A stretch of DNA of 26,033 nt from Octopus sinensis (lineage: Eukaryota). Positions 19,481 to 26,033 of the stretch are shown here, piece after piece. The stretch covers positions 1-26,033 of the forward strand of contig NW_021836800.1 in NCBI RefSeq assembly GCF_006345805.1, in the 5' to 3' direction. A program made the position numbers and the translations under genes. The first letter of the stretch is position 1. Every line of letters starts with the position of its first letter. A model generated the notes under the pieces. The model ran no database searches. It worked only from the letters and a program-made list of their open reading frames with translations, and was not told the origin of the DNA.

Positions 19481-19784
19481 CTATTGGTGGACTGGTATAT
19501 AGACATACCGTTATTTTCAAGCGTCTGTATTATTTTAATTCTTCTTCTACAAGCTTTTTCCTGAAGACTATTGTGTCCTTCCATGCACACACACGCACAC
19601 ACACTCACACACACACACACACATACTCACTCTCACTCACACACACACACTCACACAAGCACACACACGTACACAGGCTGACAGGCACAAAAAACTTGAG
19701 TCTCGAATTAATAGATTAGGATATCAGAATAACTAGGATTGTGTGAAATGATTTTTTTCTTAATTCTTTTGTATTTTGTTTCAG

Positions 19785-19793
19785 CCGCCTTGT
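19785..19793 (+). other. Candidate 9-nt microexon (CCGCCTTGT)
   Basis: Branch-like CTTAAT at 19759, long pyrimidine tract, TTTCAG acceptor ending at 19784, GTAAGG donor at 19794. Confidence 0.25.
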
Positions 19794-20039
19794 GTAAGGC
19801 CCGGCTGGAGCACCAAGTCGATTTGTTTTACGTTTTGTTCAATACTCATTCTATTCTATTTCACTTTATGTCGTCTTATAATCCCTGTCTCAACCCCAAA
19901 CATGGCATCTCTTTATGTTAAAGTACTCACGATAAAACATCTGGGTCGCCCTATAGGGGTCAGTAATAAGAATAGGAATACAATAGATGTAGGGGTGGGT
20001 TAGAATGAAAGGGAAAACTGACTGATGTGGGGAGAAAAA

Positions 20040-21240
20040 TGGGCGAATGTGTAGCGTGTGTATGTGTGAGTGTGTGTGTGTGTGTGTGAGGGAAAGAGAG
20101 AGAGAGGACTGGGAGATAGAAACATAGTGATGAGAAAGGGAGGGACCGAGAGTCAGAGAGAGAAAATAGGGGAAAGAGGGAGAAAGAGAGCGAGAGAAGG
20201 AAAGAGGGAAAAAGGTAGTGAAAGAAGGGTAGAGCGAGGGAGAGGAAGAGCTGGTGAAAAAATGTTTGATGGGCCATTTCTTGATATGTGTGTGTGAATA
20301 AATTCGAGGTACCGTGAGGATTTGTGTGAATGCTTGAGATGAAAAGGGTATAAGATATATAAAGGGCATAAAGGTGTGTGCGTGTGTGTGTGTGCATATG
20401 TATGAGTATGTGTGTGAATGTGTGCGGATGTGAGGTAGATAGAGAGATAGAAAGAGAGAGAGAATGATACACCAGACACAGACAAATAGATAGACACACA
20501 GACAGACAGACAGACATTTAATGTATGTGTGTGAGTTTGAGCGAGCGAAAGTAGGCGAGAGAGAGAAGAGAGAGAGATTTGGAGTGAGCACTGAGTGAGT
20601 GAAAGAGTGAGCGACAAAGGGGAGTATGTGTGTATTTGAGTGTGAGTCGCGGAGAGAGGGAGAGCGAGAAAGAGAGACTGACAGACAGAGGTAGACAGAT
20701 AAATGGAGAGAATGCGGATGGTTGGGAGAGAAGTTTATGTGTACGTGTGAAAGAGTATGTGTATGTGTATAAGTGGAAGTGTTTGTGTATGTGAATGTGT
20801 GTGTAAAAGAGAGAGGGAAAAAGACTGAGACAGAGACAGCTAGAGATAGACGGAGATGGAGAGACAAATGAGGTGAGTGATTATGTGTATATGAAGGAGC
20901 AAATGGAAGAGAAAGAGCGAGAGAGAGAGAGAGAGAGGAAGAAGTGGCGATGGTGGTGGTACAGTAAGTGTGAGTGAGCGAGTGAGAGAGAGAGAGAGAG
21001 AGTAGGTGTGTGTGTGTGTATCTGTGTGTGTTTGAGTGAGAATTGAGAAAGTCGTTGATACAATTGTTTGAATGCACGTATCAGTTTGGAAAGATTTTAT
21101 ATGTAAATGTGTGTGTGTGTGTGTATGTGTGTGTGCATGGATGTGAGAGTGTATGCGTGTGTATGCGTACGTGTGTATGAGCATGTGTGTGTACGGATTC
21201 AAGAAAGACAGAGAGAGAGTGAGAGAGGGGGGAGTGGCAG
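20040..21240. repeat. Degenerate (GA)n/(GT)n compound low-complexity tract, ~1.2 kb
   Basis: Direct inspection; source of the 395-aa H/T/S/L ORF artefact. Confidence 0.9.
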
Positions 21241-21801
21241 GGCGATAAATAGAATGATCAGGGTGGGGAGCAGGAAGAATACAAAATATCTAAAAAAAAT
21301 TTCCCCGAAAAAAAATGAAATAAAAAATAAATATAACAATAGAAATTAAAACGTAAAACAAAAAAAAAATAAAATCAAACAAATAAATACATAATTAAAT
21401 AAATAAAACATATAAAAGGAGATTTGCGGTAAATTCCAAGTGTGAATGGAACTCACTTTCCCTGGACAATTAAACGGTTTAACTCGAGACATTTGATTTA
21501 TGCATTTTTTAAATCTTTATTAATGTTTTTCTTATTCAAAATACTTCCCAACGTCTGCCCAACCTCACCTCCTTGGTTGCACTAATACAGCTTTAGCACG
21601 GAGACTTCGGATCTAATCTTCTTTCACCCTGACATCTCTCTGTTTGTCTCCGCTTCTCTGTCTCTCTTTGTCTGTTTCTCACTTCCTCTCTCTCTCTCTC
21701 TGTCTATCTATCTATCTATCTATCTCTATCTCCATTTCTCCCACACTCTCTCCTTCTGTTTATCTGTCTATATCAGTCATACATAAACACAATGGTACAT
21801 G

Positions 21802-21834
<33 letters not shown>

Positions 21835-21962
21835 ATATACATACACTTGCATACACATACATTTGTTTAACCATATACAAACATATACACACATATGAAT
21901 ACAATGCATACACTTATGTATACAAACATATATAGATATACATATATAATAATTTACGTATA

Positions 21963-22146
21963 GGCGTTGGAGTGTAAGTAGCTTGCTTAACAACTACATG
22001 GTTCCAGGTTCAGTCCCACTGCGTGGCACCTTGAGCAAGTGTCTCCTACTATCGCCTCGGGCCGTCTAAAGCCTTGTGAGTGGGTTTGGTAGACATAAAC
22101 GCAAAAAGTCTGACACAAACACACACGCACGCACACGCACACACAC

Positions 22147-22197
<51 letters not shown>

Positions 22198-22425
22198 ATG
22201 CATATATATGTGTGTCTTTGTGTTTGTGTGTTCCTTGCCACCGCTTCACAACCAGTTTTGTCTGTTTTCATCTTCAGACAGCTGTTCAGCTAAAGATACC
22301 GAAAGAATAAGTACATCGACGCTAGTAATATATATTTACTAGTGTCGATTTGTTCGGCTAAAATTCCTCGAGGCGGTGCCCCAGCATGGCCGTAATCTAA
22401 TGACTGAAAGAAATCGAAATCAAAG
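21963..22425 (+). mobile_element. Full-length diverged SINE family A with expanded internal (CA)n
   Basis: Head GGCGTTGGAGTGTAAGTAGC.., GGTTCAGTCCCACTGCGTGGCACCTTGAGCAAGTG, tail CCAGCATGGCCG..TGACTGAAA. Confidence 0.85.
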
Positions 22426-22784
22426 ACGAGAGACAAATAATATTCTAAAGCCCAAAGGGAAGAAGACAATTTCAGTCGCTTGAGAATTTTATATCGATTT
22501 CAAGCTAAGAAATTGAAGATACTAGAAGTTTATACCAAGGAACAATAGAAGTTCTTGAAAACTACCTCTTACTCTACGAAGCAGCTGTACAGTGTATCTT
22601 CTGTATGACTCGAAACCACCAAGGCTATTTTTTGACATCAATTCATATCCTTATTCAGTACGTGCTTCAGGACGTCTGCAACTAACACCAGGCAACGTAG
22701 GTCAGTCCAACATCCATTGACAACAAGCAGCAGTAGTTGATGGCTTTGTGGAAAGTGCAGAATGCAATATTAATTTCAAAGTTT

Positions 22785-22885
22785 GGAACGAGACTAGCAA
22801 TTATAGAGTAAGCGGATAACTCGATTACATCGACTCTAGTACTCAACTAGCACTTATTTTATCGACAGCGAAAGAATGAAAACGA
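22785..22885 (-). mobile_element. SINE family B core/tail fragment
   Basis: CGATTACATCGACTCTAGTACTCAACTAGCACTTATTTTATCGAC matches the core at 23408-23455. Confidence 0.65.
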
Positions 22886-23136
22886 ATTTATATAAATTAT
22901 CAATAAAATATATAAATGCATATAAATATATAATTAAGATCTAAATAATCTCTATAAATAAATATATATGCACATATAATAAAGACCTAATAAATTAATT
23001 TTTCATATTTAAAGATGAAATAGCTAATTTCAAAAATACAAACAAACCATCTTAAACGAACTCTATAGTAAATTAACTATCTTTATCTCTTTGGATAAAT
23101 AATAACTTTCAAAAATCTTATCTTTAAAGTACTTAA

Positions 23137-23573
23137 ATTTGAAATGGAAAGACGAATGAAACGCTGCAAGGCATTTCGCCCAACTATGGGTACAAGGCTC
23201 GAAATTTGGGGGTAGGGGGCCAGGTCGATTAGATCGACCCCAGTATGCAAGTGGTGCTTCATTTATCGTCCCCGAAAAGATGAAAGCAAAGTCGACCTCG
23301 GCGGAATTTGAACTCCGAACGTAAACACAGACGAAATATCTATTTCTTTACTACCCACAAGGGATTAAACACAGAGGGGACAAACAAGGACAGATACACG
23401 GATTAAGTCGATTACATCGACCCCAGTGCGTAACTGGTACTTAATTTATCGACCCCGAAAGGATGAAAGGCAAAGTCGAGCTCGATGGCATTTGAACTCA
23501 GAACGTAGCGGCAGACGAAATACCTCTAGGCATTTCGCCCGGCGTGCTACCGTTTCTGCCAGCTCGCCACCTT
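23137..23573 (-). mobile_element. Head-to-tail composite of SINE family B: full monomer 23342-23573, headless monomer ~23190-23340, short third fragment ~23137-23183
   Basis: B-box/core block (GAGTTCAAAT..GTCGACTTTGC..GGGGTCGAT) is present twice with different tails; GGGCGAAATGCC recurs at ~23171-23183. Confidence 0.8.
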
Positions 23574-24409
23574 AGTGTAAAATACGATATTGATCACACA
23601 GCACGTATGTTGAACGAAGATGTATTAAATCCAGTCACTTCCTATGCATAATTTTTACAATTGCGTCAAAACTAATTACGTCTCTATAAATTTCTGCATG
23701 GCACCTATGGACATAACAGTTTAATATTTCTGAAGAAATGTTTGAAAATAACAAAGGAACTATTAAAACAATGTCCAGTTCAGCGTTTGTAGAATGCTGC
23801 ACATTTTAATACACTGCAGGAAAAATTTTGTTCAAACCTCCATATTGACATTCTTTGAAAAATGTTCTGCCATCAACAGCCTCAGTCTACCATCATCGAC
23901 TCTCCAAGGCACAATGGAATGATTAAGAAATTTACTTCACAAACATGTGATCCGGAGTTCGACCTCACTGCGAGGTATTTTAGTCGAATATTAGTTACTA
24001 CAGCCACCTGTTGAACTATGGGCATTTGTAAGGGCATTTGAATAGAGGGAAATTGTACTGAATGCCATCGGAACCATTGTAATTCAAATGTCAAGCCGTA
24101 TCGCACTGTGCCACGAAGATTCTTTTTAGAAGAATTTTCTGACGAATATTCAATTTGCCTCAGATTGTGTTTTTATTAGTGCTTTGCCATGAACAGATCA
24201 AATATTTTTGGAGAAAGTGTCAGTGAATGGCACACTTTTAAGTTTTTAAGTTTCCATTCCAGAAAGTTCTCCTCACACACGATATACTATCTATATATCT
24301 ACATCAAATATAAGTACGTAATTATCATATACATATGCACACGTCTATATGTATGTGTATGTGTGCGTGTGTGTGTGTGTGTGCGTGCGTGTGCGTGTGT
24401 GTGTGTGTG

Positions 24410-24445
<36 letters not shown>

Positions 24446-24864
24446 AAACACGTATATTGTGTGAGCGATTAAGTATATATATATATATATATATTCAACC
24501 GATCACACAATATACTTTTAATCACTATTTCCTTGGCCTGAAAAGTAGCTTGCGGTATACACCTCGCTTGGATATTTGTCACTTCCGAGGTTCCGCTCAC
24601 TATGAAACATATGTAACCCGGATCTTAACTTCTCCATTTCATAACTCATGTATTCTTATTTGCATTCTCAGCAACTGCGGTCGCCGACAGTGAAATATAA
24701 AAAGAAGTTATTTCAGTTTATCGTAATTCATTACGAAAAAATCAACAACATTCCGTCCCAGTAAACCACTGTTGTCCCTGAAAGTTGCTTTTTGTATTTA
24801 CTACGAATTGCTTCAATCTAATGTTATTTTTACACCTCGATCCTTGGATATAAATATATATATA

Positions 24865-24901
<37 letters not shown>

Positions 24902-24944
24902 ATATATATATACATATATATGCATATATGGGTACAGGACGTCA

Positions 24945-25225
24945 CCAACAGCAAACAACATGAAATACGAGAACAAATGAGTTAAATACGCAAACAACGG
25001 GAGATAAATATGGAAAACAGAACAAGTAATATAAAGAACATAAAGAACGACCCTTTATCAGTTGTCGGCTGTCTATCTACTCCTGCTTTCGAGCATTGAA
25101 CGACAATATGAGTCTTCGAAGACAGTTGCTCCCATAAATGCCGAAATAAAATTTTGAATTTATGGAGGGTCAATAATAGGAGCAAAAACAGGATAGTGGA
25201 GTCATACAAAGAAACCGAACGAAAA
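24945..25225 (-). mobile_element. Possible Penelope-derived dispersed repeat remnant
   Basis: Unique-looking sequence between microsatellites, with CGAAA and CTGATAA motifs on the minus strand; resemblance is from memory only. Confidence 0.3.
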
Positions 25226-25537
25226 CAAACATGGTCTAAGGTCTAGAATCAGGGAAAAATAGTAAACGCTGAGAGAAATATTTTCTTTTAAAAGAGATAA
25301 GATAGAAGAGAGAAATAGATGTCAGGTTCTTAGAACGTCTGTGCAAGAAAAGAAAGATGGTCACGTGAAGAAAAGAAAGATGGACGATGATCACGTTTGA
25401 GCAATGAGAGAGACAAGAGATAAAGAGGGGAGAGAGAGATGGATAGAAGATGGTGAAAGAGGGAAAAGGCGAATACATATATATATGTGTGTGTGTATAT
25501 GTATTTATATGTATGTATATATATATATATATATATA

Positions 25538-26033
25538 TATTCAAGGTGTGGCCGTACAAAGGAGGAAAAAGTGGTATGATGACACCTTGTTCTCTGGACC
25601 GGAAAGTTCTTAAGATCCAGGAACTCATCCTCACGAGCTATATCGACCTTCTGTTGATGTGTGCACTCCAACTGAGATCGTCATCAACAATTACACCCAG
25701 GTCTCTGATATTATTAGAGCTGTGAGCGGTTTCCCTGAAGGAAGCGAGTATGGTTGTTTTAGTGAAGAAGTCTTCCAAAATGCATCAGCTCAAATTTTCC
25801 CTCATTCAGTTTCATTTTGTTTCTGTCTGCCCATTGCCTCACAGCATATAGATCAGACTGGAGTTGAGTTCGGTCTGCTTCTTCATTGACGATTTGCTGG
25901 AGCTTAGTGTCCATCAGCAAATATTTTCACTTTGCAGTAATGTACAACACTGGAAAGGTCGTTTATGTTAAATTATGAAGAGTAGCGGACCCAAAACAGT
26001 CCCCTGGGGAACACCGCTGGTGACTTTTGCTGG
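25538..26033 (-). mobile_element. CR1/L2-like LINE reverse transcriptase fragment (frameshifted; continues beyond the window)
   Basis: Minus strand from 26033: PAKVTSGVPQGTVLGPLLFII/INDL..KIFAD/TKLQ..LQSDL..WADRNKMKLNEGKFELMHFG..IRDLGVIVDDDLSWSAHIN..SWILRTFRSR../VRPHLEY. Confidence 0.9.

Noticed and set aside
19890-21077. 395-aa minus-strand ORF
   Set aside because: Translation of (CA)n/(CT)n low-complexity sequence; no domain-like content.
23915-23975. Degenerate family A SINE head
   Set aside because: Plausible but too short and diverged to list as a feature.
24490-24850. TA-flanked MITE with terminal inverted repeats
   Set aside because: Ends (TATTCAACCGATC vs TATCCAAGGATC) are too weakly similar to support TIRs without a second copy.
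25060-25095. Permuted (type II) hammerhead on minus: CGAAA...CTGATAA
   Set aside because: G8 is mutated and no convincing stems I or III.

Overview
A 26 kb eukaryotic, AT-rich, microsatellite-saturated non-coding window. The (TA)n, (CA)n, (GATA)n and (TAT)n tracts and the SINE families look like an octopus/cephalopod genome; that is recognition from memory, not a database result. I find no complete protein-coding gene, and nearly all ORFs in the track are microsatellite read-through artefacts. The supportable content is transposon debris: three tRNA-derived SINE families (about 14 copies or fragments), RTE, CR1/L2-like and R4/Dong-like LINE fragments, and Penelope-like GIY-YIG remnants. The most interesting element is a ~345-bp tandem repeat at 5224-6180 (one inverted unit plus two-and-a-bit direct units). 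Each unit carries a type I hammerhead ribozyme motif with covarying stem II, a palindromic stem III and a long stem I, which is the architecture of a non-LTR retrozyme. Four more minimal hammerhead-like motifs occur in short dispersed, probably Penelope-derived repeats (8538, 10389, 11286, 18661). A few isolated splice-site-bounded exon candidates, including a 9-nt microexon, suggest the window may be intronic, but this is unproven.
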